A stretch of DNA of 39,955 nucleotides. Origin: Chlorokybus atmophyticus. Taxonomy: Eukaryota > Plantae > Mesostigma and Chlorokybus algae. The DNA is taken from the NCBI GenBank assembly GCA_009103225.1, contig RHPI01001715.1, forward strand, positions 722,750-762,704. The letters are read 5' to 3'. Under the pieces are notes generated by a model. The model saw only the letters and a program-made list of their open reading frames with translations, ran no database searches and had not been told where the DNA came from. Positions 21,600 to 34,509 of this stretch are shown piece after piece. Made by a program: the position numbers and the translations under genes. The stretch's first letter is position 1. Each line of letters opens with the position of its first letter.

Positions 21600-22331
21600 T
21601 TGTGTAAGCAGTGGAAAACAGCGGCTAAAGTATTTACTATGATTGATTTTGCCAACCTACTGGCACCCATCTCATGGCGCTTTGCACAGCATGCATGGAG
21701 TAGCTGGACACATTCGTGAATGGCATTGTTTTGGTTGATGTCGCTGTTGCGGTCATCAACAAATGCCAGAAGCAGCTGGTCATTGCAATGACCAGCCGCT
21801 TGCTGTAGTTTGTGTTTTGTATAATGTAGTATGCAAGGATTGTGGCATGCATGAGAATGTAGCAAACATGCGTGCAGACCGCACACTGCATTCTACATTA
21901 TACTACACCATCGCACTCTTGTATTCACCACCTGGATATCCAAGTTCACTAATTATCTACCTTGACAACTGCCCATACCCCGTGCAACACACAAGCATGC
22001 ACGTGTGTTACCTGCACAACACGACCAGTGTTTGCACATACCAAAACTAGACCATTGAGGTGTACCATACCACAGGCTGTGTATCATGCATGCAAAAGAA
22101 AGGCCAGTGCTAGCATGGCATGTTAAACAACAGTCATAAAATACTGCTGTGGTGCCTTGTGAGTGATGCAATGAATCTGTAAATCATCGTGGCCTCAGGT
22201 GTGTCACAAACAACACTCGACATGAATTACTACTGTAGTGCCTTGTGATGCTCATGCAGTTGCTGACTCATCATGGCCTCACAGGCACAGCCACATTGCA
22301 GCCGTATGAAACCAATTGATGAAAGTATTCA

Positions 22332-24545
22332 CTAAGCCGTCTTCTTTATGCTAAAACACCTAATGTGTAGGGCGTCTGTAATCTCCCTAATCACGCCTAT
22401 TGCGAAATGTGCGTACAGAAAGAAGGTGAAAACAAAGTAAGCTACCAACACGTACACCTCTTTCACCATCGGCGTCCCGCCGAGCATCTGCGCGGAGAGC
22501 GCGTTGGCAATGGCCAACGGGAGGAATGTCAACCCCATGGACATGTTGGTCTTCAGACCTTTGGGCTCATCGCATAAGTGTGCGAGGATTACGCGTCCAA
22601 CCAACAGCCCGAAGGAGAACCCCGTCGCGATGATGAAGAGGTGAGGCTGCCTGCCAAATATGTTGGTAGGCGAGAGCTGAATCCACGCGGCTGTCATGGC
22701 CACAAGTGAGATGAACGGACCCAACATAGCCATGGGAAGAAGCATAGACTTCTTCTGGTGGCGCATGGCGCGCGACACGTTGGTGAAGTTCTGTATGAGT
22801 GTGGGGAGAGCCGCGCCGAACGTGTTGAGGAGAAGGACAAAGTCCTTTATCTGGAGGAAGGGCAAGTTGGGAAACACGTGTCTCACGCCTATGAGGGTGA
22901 AGAAGTCCCGCCCCCACGCCTCCGCACCGGTGAACGCTGTGAGCATGTGGATCACGTAGATCATCAGCAGTCCCTCCGTTGGCCCGTTGACCTCCGACAG
23001 CACCAGCGAGTGCGTGTAGTAGTGCTCCCACGTGGCAAAGAAGAAAGGAATTGAGGCAAGAAGCCACATCCACAGCAGCCGCCAACCCGCACCCGCCATC
23101 GCCGTGGATGCCAGCACAAGAGACTCAAACCCGCAGGTCAGCGCGTCGCACCCGTGGTCAAACAGCTCACCCAACGGACTTGAAGAACTTGTCCTACGAG
23201 CCTGCGCGCAGACACGTGTGTGCATGCGCACATGCATGCGCGAGCATGTACATGCGTGCATGCGTGCAGGAGTTTTTGCATACACGCATGTGCATGTGCA
23301 CGTAGGTGCAAGCGCGAGCGCTTGTAGACCGATATACACATGCATTGACACAGCACAACCAGCTATTAGGGACTCCCGTCACCCAAAGAAACAAGCTATA
23401 CGACAAGATTCCTTCACATAGCGTACACATCAACAAGTCAACTACCGACACATGAACTTGATCAAAACAGTAAGAGCGTACCTGCTTGCCATCGACAGCA
23501 TCAAAGGTCTGATACAGGAACAGCAAGATGCCGTGCAAAAAATATATGCTTCGAGGTGACGGGATGTTGAGCTGGGGGCAGTACAGCCACGACAGGAAGC
23601 AGGAGGTCAGAATGAAGAAGAAGCCCATCAATGTGATGGCGTTGGGGGCGAACCATAGAGGAAAAATCTTCACAAACTGCATGCGTGTACACAGTGTCAG
23701 GTCTGCAACACCTTGTTGATACACAAGCTGCATATTGCTCAGAAACTGTTCACACTTGAAATTAACAGAACATCCTGAGGGGCTGCAGTCCAATGTGAAC
23801 ATTGCTGCGATGAATGATAACACGAAAAGTTGCGACCAAGTGCTGGGCGTTTTATTTTTTTGCGACAACACATCCTGTAGCGTGTTGCTTGCACTGTGCA
23901 AATTGCAATTGATCAGCCAGCAATAAACACTGAAACGGTAAACTAGCCATGCAGAATTACAAGAAGAAACAACGGCCTGCACTCACTTACAGCAGGCTGA
24001 CAATGCAGCAACCAATAATACTGCTATAAATTATAAAACACGAAAAGTTGTGACCAAGTGCTGGGCGTTTTATCTTTTTTCGACAACACATCCTGTAGCG
24101 TGTTGCTTGCACTGTGCAAATTGCGATTGGTCAGCCAGCAATAAACACTGAAACGGTAACCTAGCCATGCGTAATTACAAGAAGAAACAACGGCCTGCAC
24201 TCCATTACAGCTGGCTGATATTCAGCAACCAATAATGCTGGAAGGGTAAAAGCTGTAGACAAGGAGTGCATGCTGTGTTTAACAAACTGGGGAGCAAGCG
24301 AGCGAAAAGCTGCAACGCAACAGCTGTAAAATAACAGGGAAAGCATGCAAATGCTTGTATTGGGTAAAACTAGGTGTGCAGACAAACAGGCAACAGAGGA
24401 CAATCAACAAACAGAGCTCAGGCCAAACCCTTGCCTGTGTCCAGAAACGTTGGAAAAACAGCCTTGCTGTGATGGACTTGTCAATGCCGGTGTATTTGTA
24501 CTTCTTGAGCTGTTGAACCCCATGATTGGAGATGTAGAACCCCAT
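22332..24545 (-). CDS. AAPT1: Aminoalcoholphosphotransferase (choline/ethanolamine phosphotransferase), 391 aa. Exons 24435-24545, 23482-23676, 22332-23201.
   Basis: KYKYTGIDKS; CDP-alcohol phosphotransferase motif DAVDGKQARRT...LGELFDHGCD; plant-type C-terminus LAHLCDEPKGLKTNM. Confidence 0.95.
23819..24241. repeat. Two-copy tandem duplication (218-bp period) in AAPT intron 1
   Basis: AACACGAAAAGTTG.GACCAAGTGCTGGGCG... starts at 23819 and again at 24037, with scattered substitutions. Confidence 0.92.
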
Positions 24546-24836
24546 GGCAGCACCCTGATGGCCAGGCCCTGGCCTAGCCTAGCCTGGCCTGGCAGAACCA
24601 CCCTCCAAGGGCGGCGCAAACCACAGGCGTCAGCTACAGAGCATGCTTCCCTGCTGTCTTGCTCGCTCCACACAAGCAGTCACCAAACCCGACACAGCGT
24701 GGCCCTGGTGCAACTCCGCCCCCCAACAACAATAACTCTCCCGCCACCGCCGCCGCCGCTACTAGCTGACTAACCGTGGTTAATAATTTCAGTTTCAGAT
24801 TGACGCCGGCCACGAGAGGATGTCAGTCACAAGTTG

Positions 24837-24883
24837 TGACTCACAATACAACAGACTGACTCAAGTAACGGAGATCTGACTCG
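24837..24883. promoter_or_regulatory. Three TGACTC motifs spaced exactly 20 bp apart in the AAPT/argC divergent promoter
   Basis: TGACTCA at 24837, TGACTCA at 24857 and TGACTCG at 24877. Confidence 0.45.
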
Positions 24884-25113
24884 AGGTTCAACGCGAAGAT
24901 ATTCCTCCGCCGCACTAGTTGTGCCCGCCGCACTCGTTGTGCAAATTTTGATGATACGCTTGTGCGGCGCACCGCACAAGAGTCCGACTCTCCGCTGCGG
25001 AAAAGGTAAGCCAACTAGAAAAATACACCAAAAGGCAAAGGCTTTGCGGTCTGGTAGTGTCGGCGGCGGCGGTGGTGTGGCTAAGTGCCTGATCGTTGGC
25101 AGCGGCGTTCACC

Positions 25114-27694
25114 ATGCAGGTATGGGTTTACGTTGTCTCGACCAGTCATGCAGCATGAAGATCAATAGCAGTCTGACTGGCGCTAGCTGGTCATCTTAGC
25201 AAACTAATCAATCCTGCAGCAATTTTGGCACGTTCATTCTCTGGAGACACTTACGCAATTGTGTTGCTTTGCACGCACATTGCATAATGTCTACTCTGCA
25301 TGAGCTGCGATAAGTGTTCGCTCTTGCGCAGTCGTTGGCTGCTCTCAGTTCCAGCTTCTGCGGAGGTGCTGTGAAGAGCAGTCAAGCTCAGCATCCACGT
25401 GCCCAGCAGCAAGCTGCTCAGCTCAGTCGACACGCCAGACCGTTGCAGCCTGTGCTTGCAGCTGTTGCCTCACCTGCCAGCGAGCAGGCAGCCTCCTCAG
25501 CCTCAGGCTCAAAGCACAATGCAACAGACACGGTTAGAATTGGCGTGCTGGGAGCCAGCGGTTACACTGGAGCGGAGGCAAGTGTTTGTGTCGGTTAAAT
25601 TGAGGGTAAACTTATGCCTATCTTGTCAGTGTTTGAGCGGTGCTTGAGTGCTCGAGTGCTGGTGGTTCAGATTGCAAGACTCGTTGCCCAGCATCCTAGT
25701 ATGGAGATCACGCTGCTGACGGCCAACCGGCAAGCAGGGCAAAAGATGACAGCCTCCTTCCCACACCTGATAGGACAGGTTGATAACAGCATCGCGCAGC
25801 CGTGCTCGTACTGCTTTGGCATGCATGCAGCAATCACCAAGTATATTGCATGGCACTGACAATACAGCTGGGAACAACAGGAGCTGCCTGTCATGGTTAC
25901 AACGGCGGATGCGGATTGGTCAAGTGTCGATGCCGTATTCTGTTGTCTTCCGCATGCCACAACGCAGGTCGGTCACTTGCACTGACTCAGGCTTGCTTCG
26001 CGGTCGGAGCAATTTGCCTCGTCCCGATGATTGCGTCGGATGGCAATGTTGAATAGTATTGCTTACTGCGATGGTTTGTCCCGTAGGAGATTCTCCAGAG
26101 CGTACCAGAACACCTCAAGATCGTTGATCTGTCAGCTGTAAGGATCAGCCTGTTTGTTGGTGACACCAATGAGACATCTGTTAACTGCATGCTACCTGCT
26201 GCGTTGTAAGTAGCGCCTTGCAATACACAAGCCTGTGTATTCAGCACTCACGTTGCAGGACTTCAGACTCCGGGACATTAAGCAGTATGCGGAGTGGTAT
26301 GGCGGGGAGCACAAGGCTCCTGAGTTACAGGTAATCTTTATCTCTTGAATTGGTTGCCCTTCCGCAGATTGTGTCGTGTACCCGAGTGGCAGGCCACCTC
26401 GCTGCTCCAGTCGGAAGCTTTCAGGCAGCTTGACAGGTTGTTGCGTGCTGCAGAAAGAAGCCGTGTATGGACTCACTGAGCTGTACCGCGAGCAAGTGCG
26501 GTCGGCACGACTCGTTGCAAATCCAGGCTGCTATCCCACCAGTGTGCAGTTGCCGCTGTCACCTTTGCTACAAGATGGTCTCATCACCAATGAAGACATC
26601 ATCATTGATGCAAAGTCTGGTGTGAGTGGTGCAGGTGCGGCCAACTGCTACCCGGTTGTAGTGTTGGTGGCATTGCAGGATGCTATCTGGTCTTAATGAC
26701 GGCATGCCTGCAGGAAGAAGTGCAAAGGAAGCCAATCTTTATGTTGAGATTGCCGAGGGCATCAACGCCTATGGCGTATCAAAGCATCGGCATGGTATGG
26801 GCATGTATGCAGTTCTCTAGAGGCCATGCATGTGTGGTGGACAGTCTGCTGCAGTGTTGGTTGTTGATCAAGTTGGAGCCACCACAAAGGCGGGCTTGCG
26901 TGGCTTGCTGCTTCATGAACCTCGATGCACGCAGTGCCCGAAATTGAGCAAGGGCTTGCCGACTTCGCGAAAGGAGATGTAAAAGTCAGCTTTACACCGC
27001 ATTTGATGCCGATGGTGAGGTCTTTTATTCCCTCTCAACTTGGGTCGTCTTCCCTTCAACTGCATGTTGGGTTGCTGATATGCGATTCATTCTGTACGCA
27101 GAGTCGAGGGATGCAGTCAACAATGTACGTAAAGCTTGCAAGTGGCGCAACGGCGGATGACCTCCGAAAGCACCTTCAGCAGAAATATGAGGTGCTGGTT
27201 GAAGTTATGTTATGCTGCATGCAACGTGTTGATGGCTTGTGCCCTGATGAGCCAGCAGCTCGAGTAGTCTCGTAAACATCTGGCATGGACACATTATGGC
27301 CAGGTGTACTCGACTGAGAACTAGTGTTTTGTGTCGGCTCATCGCGCTTGGTACTGACACATGTGCTGTCGTCAGGAGGAACCCTTTGTCAACATCCTTC
27401 CCAAGGGTGTAGTTCCCCATACACGACATGTTCGAGGCTCAAACTACTGCCTGATATCAGTCTTTGAAGACAGGCTGTCAGGAAGAGCAATTCTGATATC
27501 AGTAGTAAGTCCAATAGATGTTACCAATTTGCACCTTTCATGTGTCCTGCTTGTGTACCATATTGATACGTTTTTTTCGCGAGCAGATTGACAACCTGGT
27601 GAAAGGGGCTTCTGGACAAGCCATGCAAAACATGAACATTATGATGGGGTTGCCTGAAACAACTGGGCTGCTGCAGGCGCCCATGTTTCCTTGA
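25114..27694 (+). CDS. argC: N-acetyl-gamma-glutamyl-phosphate reductase, plastid-targeted. Exons 25114-25119, 25332-25577, 25671-25778, 25881-25967, 26087-26137, 26259-26330, 26454-26634, 26714-26794, 26935-27014, 27102-27191, 27376-27504, 27587-27694.
   Basis: [58 protein letters not shown] and [12 protein letters not shown], with in-phase splice junctions. Confidence 0.96.
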
Positions 27695-30171
27695 ACAAGC
27701 CACTATCTACCTACAAAACGACATGCATAATGTCAATTTGTTAGCATTGGTGATGCGCGGTGCAGAAGCAAGCAGTATGTAACGCCAGAATGGTGCGCGT
27801 GTACTTGACTAGTTGGCATGTCACATCAATGTGTGCAAGGCATTCATTGCATCTCTAGAATAGTTTTGGAGATTTATGTACACTAGCACCATGCTGATGC
27901 AGTGCTGTGCCCTATTTTGTAAATACCTGTCACGTAAATGGCTGTGAGCACATTAGGTCAAACCGAGGGGCCCCCAGTGACATCAGCAACATGCTTACAC
28001 TCTTTACACCAGCAGTTCACCACCGGGCTGCCTACTCTACCTAGCACGCTAAGTGCTTGCCCCACAAGTCTGACCAGCCTGCACGGTGTTCAGCAAACAC
28101 CTGCACCGCGGCGATCCAGCATACCATTTATTGTACATTAGCAACCCATCACACCACGCACGCACAGCACATCACATACCTACATGACCGTTGCTAACCT
28201 AATAGGCTATAAGCATTTGTGCAGTGGCAGTCATAGGTCTTCTCGTGTCTCGCAATTGCAAGACTGGACGCTCTACCCCAGCAGCCGCCACAAAGATTGC
28301 AAACAGGCGGGGGATGGCCTGAGGGCGGGGGTATTCGGCACAGCACTGCACTGCACAGTCCTGGCTGCTATCGCTCCACCACCGCCTGCAGGACTGACAC
28401 CACTTCTGCTCTCCTTCGGTGCTCCACAGGTTATACAGCGTGCTTGCTGTCTACAACTGCCATGCACTGCACGCACTGAGTGCACTAGTGTAGTAGTAGC
28501 TTGGGGTCCCGGGGGTGGTAATGATTAGTTTGCTCTTAGCTGCTTGCTGCTGGTAACTTCTTGCTTGTCATTGTTGGCTTGCATTGCGTGTGAATGTGCT
28601 TGATGTGTACATTGACTCAAACTATGCTGAAAGCAAGGTTCGGGAAGCGTGTAATAGTTAATTGTTTGAGTGGCAATGGCGAAAATGTCCATTGTTGTGT
28701 CGAAGTTGACGCTAATGGTTGACCATTAACGTGCATGCCTTATATTGATATTGTGCCCACGGTCTTGATGAGCCTTGCTTGATTCGTTTGCAAATGAAGC
28801 GCTGTCACCGTCATCGTGGTGCATGATGTTACGTAGCACCATGTGGTACTATTGTTGGGCTTTATCTGCGCTCTGCAGGTTGTTGACCATGGCTACGGGG
28901 CATTTGCATACAGTGTCACGTGCAACTATGTTTGTACAATATACAGGATATGTAGCGTGCTGTTATGCACACGCGCGTGTTGTCTATGCACGTTGCGTAT
29001 AAATTTCTAGTATATCATATTACATGCACGCATCAACCGCATGATATCATGTGCGATAAAATGGTCATGTCCGTGTATTGCGTCGTTCACTCGTGCACTA
29101 TTGTTAGAGAGTTGATGTTTGGTAACTGTTGCATGCCTGTTGCTGTTGATGCGGTTTGGTATGTACAGCAGTGTTCGGTATTTATATAACATGAATTATT
29201 GTTTGCAAGCAGATATGTTATGGCAGTTTGTTTAGTGGAAAGCAACAACCACATGTATGTCATTACATGCTCACGCTTTACATTTATTTCAAACATGCAT
29301 GTTGACATATCAATCACTGAGCTTGCAGCGCTTGGTATATAACTATCCACCAACCACAACAGTTATAACTTTACATTGATGGACGTTTCTATACAATAAA
29401 ACAACCATATGCACACGTGTCACCCGACAAGCACATGATTGCATGTTTCATCATTAAATACTAGCATGTATGCTATTGCTCACTATTGAAAAAAGCTGCT
29501 TCCGGAGAGCAGCTGAAACACCCTATTAGCATTGCTTTGTAACTCGGCAGAGCTGGGGCACCCACTTAAGGCACCCACAAAGTTTTGGGAGGAGAACTTA
29601 GTTATGGCCGTAGTCACTGCTTGCAAAAAGAGGACTTGTCAACTTAATAAGTAACATGCATGCGTGGCATTGTGACCATCAAGTCCACTTACGTTTTTTG
29701 ATGTTGCCCGCGTTGTATAAGCCGTGACGGAAGTTTAGCTCGACCGCAAGGGGACACTGCGTCGTAGTACAGCGCTCTATTAATACATGCACAAACAGAT
29801 GAATCTCGAGGAGAGAATGCAAGTAAGAGCTACAAAACCCGACCTGCGCATACCTGTAACGATACCACTCACTTACTTGCTGGGCGGCTTGGCAAACATA
29901 TGCACAAGCACAAGGACTTACTACTGGAAGCCCTACCAGCGTCACTGGTGCAAGACCTTGCAGAGGAAGTCACAGCACCGCACCAAGGAAGGAGAGGATG
30001 ACACCAACCTCTCTACTCAGCTCCCACACACTCACACACTCAAGCACACCTTACACACATGTGCAAAGCTGCCACGGACATCACACCCCACATGGGATGA
30101 GAGGGAGAGCCCCTTGAACAACTAAACTAGGCACCCCACACACAAGAGTCGAGTATGCACATGCTGAGCTG

Positions 30172-30483
30172 CCTCAACACATGTTGAGGCCGTTCATATA
30201 CCCTCTCTTTGCTGCTCTCCGACCTAGAACATCCAAGTCCAAGGCTACATGCCTTGGTATGGCTGCGTTGACCACAACTCATGTCTAGGGCTGCCACATC
30301 AGCCCTTAGACCTCTTTCAACGCCCAAGACTGATCACACATCAGCCTCGGACATTGTAAACGTCCCTAGGCTGGTCACATCAGCCTAGGACATCATGTCC
30401 TAGGCTAATGTGTGTAATGATTACACACATCATCCTTGGACGTTGTGAACGTCCTTGGCTGGTCACATCAGCTTAGGACATCA
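30172..30483. repeat. Cluster of short perfect palindromes plus an ~89-bp-period direct repeat
   Basis: Hairpins at 30171-30190, 30382-30406 and 30408-30430. The CACACATCA...GGTCACATCAGC.TAGGACATCAT unit occurs at 30335 and 30424. Confidence 0.75.
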
Positions 30484-30680
30484 TACTCATGCATACATAT
30501 GCATCCTTATGCATACATATGTGCGCATATGCACACATATGCGCATGCATGCATATACATGCATACATCTAGTACATACCTCTCATGCACGCATATGCAC
30601 TCATATGCGTACATGTGCACACATATGCAAACACATGCATACACATGCGGACATATGCACACATATGTCTCTATACATCA
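30484..30680. repeat. Low-complexity CATATGCA/CACATATG minisatellite
   Basis: Degenerate repeated CATACATATGCAC units. Confidence 0.7.
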
Positions 30681-33600
30681 CATGATGTCTCATCGGCTAT
30701 GATCAGCCCTGTGCTTGCCATCATGTCTTGTGTAGTTCATCATGCTCAAGGCCGCACAGGCTCTGGCAGACCTACATGAGAGCACACCCACAAGCACTAC
30801 ACACGCTTGTGTAGTGTGGGTCCCCAATTGGTCTCATCTTACCACATAAGTAAGGGACAGAGAATGACTTTTGCCTGCCCTGTGGGCGTGACAATACCAC
30901 ACCGTTTCTGCATTGAGCAGAGCTGTAGTGGCCTCCTTTGCAAAGAAATTAACTCAATTCGATTTAATATCAATGCGTAGGACATGCTTGGAAACAGCAC
31001 GCAGGCAGTTCTAAAAAAGCTCTGGTTGGCTGACACACATACGCAGCACGCGCGTACGCACCATGCATGTATGTGTCACACGCATGTGCACACGAATCCA
31101 TGGTAAGACAAACGTATCCGGTGGGGTAATGCTCAGGGCTTGGGCGATGGTACGGTTACCAAAGAGGTGCCGAATGAGCTGCACACACAGCTGCTGCCAC
31201 CGTACCATACCCCTTATATACACAAGCCACGTCTGCATATGTACCGCGTACATGGCGCTGGCAAGAGCTCATGCGACATACACAAAATGGAGCATCATGC
31301 ATCATCCGTACCTGCATCCTCGCTTGCGCGACTAGCGAATGCTTGATAGAGCTTGGTGTCAGGCTTAATGTTGTCAGGATGGTAGCATTGCAAAAGTTGT
31401 AACCATTGAAACGTATAACAGCCACGCTTACCACGCACTCTTTTCTTCAAGAATGCCGCCCTGGCGATCAATCATGTGAGAAGTGGTGTGAGAGCGTGTG
31501 GATGCATGGTTGTGAACACAAACACTTACATTGCATGATGGCGCGATGGTAATGATTGTCACGTTGAGGCTTCTGAACACCTCCACGCCTTCTTCTGACA
31601 GCGTTACCATTATGAGCTTAACACCGCTCGTGTCATGTTGGAAGTAGCATGTCTTGTTGCCCTGTCGCAAGCACCAGAGTGTGATTTCATGAGGGAGACA
31701 GTGCTGTTGTTGCGTGCACACATGCGCGGCGTGCATGCTCGCTCACCACGTGATTCGGACTACAATTGATGTCAACAAGGAGACAAAGGACCTAAAAAGC
31801 GGAGACGCTGACTTCGATTGCCTCTCCAACATTGGCTCTTTTATTGCCGCTTGCTGGCCAAAAGCAAATGGACAAGATTACCGGGGGTAGTATGCTACCG
31901 GCGATTGTGGCGTTGGTAGTGAAAATGACAGGCACCGCATTGGGGCAGAAGGTGGTGTTACTGCTGCTGGCTCGCACGCTGATGGGATACAAACCCGGCC
32001 GCAAACCGAATGTATCAAATCTGGGTTGCTGCCCCGTCGCGTCGTTAAAGGCACCGTCACCATGAAAAATCCCAGGCCAGGTCTTCTTGCACTTTCTTGC
32101 ACTCGTTGACGCCCCGGTGGCATGAACAAGGATGCTTCCGCACAAGGGCACTCTGTACGGCCCGCCGATGCTGCATACCCGAGCAATGAGCATTGAATGA
32201 CGCTGACGACAACGACAACAACAACAACACCACGCATGAATGCGAGATTGACTTACTAATAGGCGGCCACCGTGAGTTTAAGGGAGCGCGAGAGAGAGAC
32301 GCCATACTGCGTCAAAGTTGCGGTAATGGTTTTCTGTCCAAGTGTTTTGTATCGACAGAACAATGGCCTTTGGCTCTGGGCAAAAGCGCGGGCAAAGCCG
32401 GTCAGCAAGGACCATGGATGCCGCACGCGCGTGGCATGCAGCAACAAACATACATACACGCAACTCACCACATTGTCCGGGCCGCAGTCAACATTAACAG
32501 TATATGGCAGGCAGTATATAGCCGTCCACGACACGACAATCGCAATGTCCTCTCTCGTTGTTGGGATTGGGTTGTTGCTCACCGGGCGTTTGGATATGCT
32601 ATTGATGGCAGGCTGCATACCCGTGTTTGTGATGGTCACATTGACTTTGTGCACTTGCGCTGGAGAGGCCGGGCAGGCTGGGCTGCTACTGGATCGCACG
32701 CGTATCGGGTGGACCACACCGGGAGTTGTACTATGCTGTTGAAGAGGTAAGGCGCGCTCCCTGTGGCGTCAGAGGATAAACCGTCGTTGTTGAAGTCCCA
32801 TGCAAGGCGACGAGGGTGCCCACACGCATTGATGGTGACGGGAGCTACAGGCCGCATGCCGGAACACACGTCCACGCTGTACGGCCCTCCCATGCTGCGC
32901 ACACACGCATACACACACACACACACACACGCAAACAAGCGGTTGGGTGCACTGCGCGCACGATTTCGGCAAACCAGGTGTAGTCACAGCTAGCTTACTC
33001 ACTAGAAACTTGCGACCGTGATGTTGCGTGAGCTTGACGCGACGGTGGCGGTGATGGTCTTGATGCCACCACCTGCTGGGCTGCTGTACCGACAGCAACC
33101 CGCCTCATTACCCTGAAACACCACCATCACCACCATGTGACGTGAACTCACACACAGCAAGCGCATACACACACGCGTACACCTCAACACACTCTACTAC
33201 TGCTCACCACACTGTCTGAACCGCGGTCTATGGTCATGTTGAAGGGCGCGCAGCTTGCCCTAACACTCTGCACATTCACCCGAATGCGCTCCTCGACACT
33301 CGCAACCCCGTTGCCGCTGTTTGCATAGGTTGCCAGGCTGTTGATGGCTAGTGGCAGGTTGGTGACGTTGACGGTGGTGCTCATTACTTCAGAGTTGTTA
33401 TTTGGGCAGGAGGAGGTGCTGCTGCTGGTCATGGAGCGGACGCTTATAGGGTGAATCCCAACAGCGAGGCCCTGATCGTAGGCGTTGAAGGTGGGGTTGT
33501 GACCGGTAGCGTCGTTACACACGTTGTCGTTGTCAAGGTCCCAAGCCAGTGAGCGCTCCACGCTGCATGCGTCTGTGCCCGCAAAGACACTCAGCCGAAT

Positions 33601-33766
33601 GGTGGTGCATAGGCCCGCGCTGTAAGGCCCTCCCATGTTTATGAGTAAGAGAGAAAGAACATGATCTCAGCTCAGCTGTCTGCGTGCATACGTGCACGCG
33701 TGCTGACAAGGTGTGTCGTATAGAGCTTTGATGTTGTGGAATGTGTGCTCGCACTTACATGAATCA

Positions 33767-34509
33767 GCTGCTGCTGCTGGCACGCGCGCAAGCCCGGCCA
33801 CAATCACACAACCTTGATTGATAACGACAAGTACTCCACACCAGAATGAATGGCCCGTATCAAGTGGAAGCATGCGGTGTCGTTCGCATGAGAGCGGCTG
33901 CGGGCAGCGACGCTTGCGGCAATCAAAGAGTGTTGGTACGGGACTATAATAATGACGGCGCCTTTGGCGATGACACAGGGACCGATTCTCTTTCTGACAA
34001 CAACCTCCAGGGCCTACCCCTCGGCGGACACACAATCAGTATTCGAGCCAGCAGCAACTCCCCTTGTCCACACTCTCCTCCTGAATTGCGCAGCACCACT
34101 CTCAACGTCACCACCACACCCCCTGTCATCAACAGCTTGCACGTGGTGACACTCAGCGGCGGGCCCAACGCAACCATCGGGGAGAAAATCATCATGACAT
34201 TAACAGCCATGCAGAGCTGCCTCAGGCTGCCCTTCATCCATCCTGTCGACTGCGGCCCGGACAATGTGGTGAGGGTGTGCATGGGTTAGTTGCGGTACAG
34301 CTTTGCTTGCTTATCGACGTCATGACATCCCCACATGCGCGTGCACGTATGGGGATGTCATGACTCCTCGTCGCGTTGCGCTCTTGCAATAAGCACGGTC
34401 CGAGGCGGGGAGACGTCTGTCAGTACAACAGCACCGGAGCGATCACGGTGACGCTGGAGCAGGCTGGCCTCGTGGTGTCCCGAAACATCAGCATCACGGT
34501 TGCAGGCAG
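33767..34509 (+). other. One PKD-like repeat module (exon pair ~33845-34268 and ~34410-34505 with intron) on the strand opposite to its host gene
   Basis: NGPYQV...DYNNDGAF.DDTG...DCGPDNVV|gtgagg, then CQYNSTGAITVTLEQAGLVVSRNISITVA. Homologous to the flanking minus-strand repeats. Confidence 0.85.

Noticed and set aside
28380-28480. CVQC...CITCGAPK resembling a RanBP2-type zinc finger (minus)
   Set aside because: Needs a frameshift, lacks the conserved W and N, and has no supporting exon context.
30171-30190. CTCAACA-CA-TGTTGAG resembling a circle junction of the solo-LTR termini
   Set aside because: The flanks show no similarity to the solo LTR beyond 7-8 bp; a chance palindrome.
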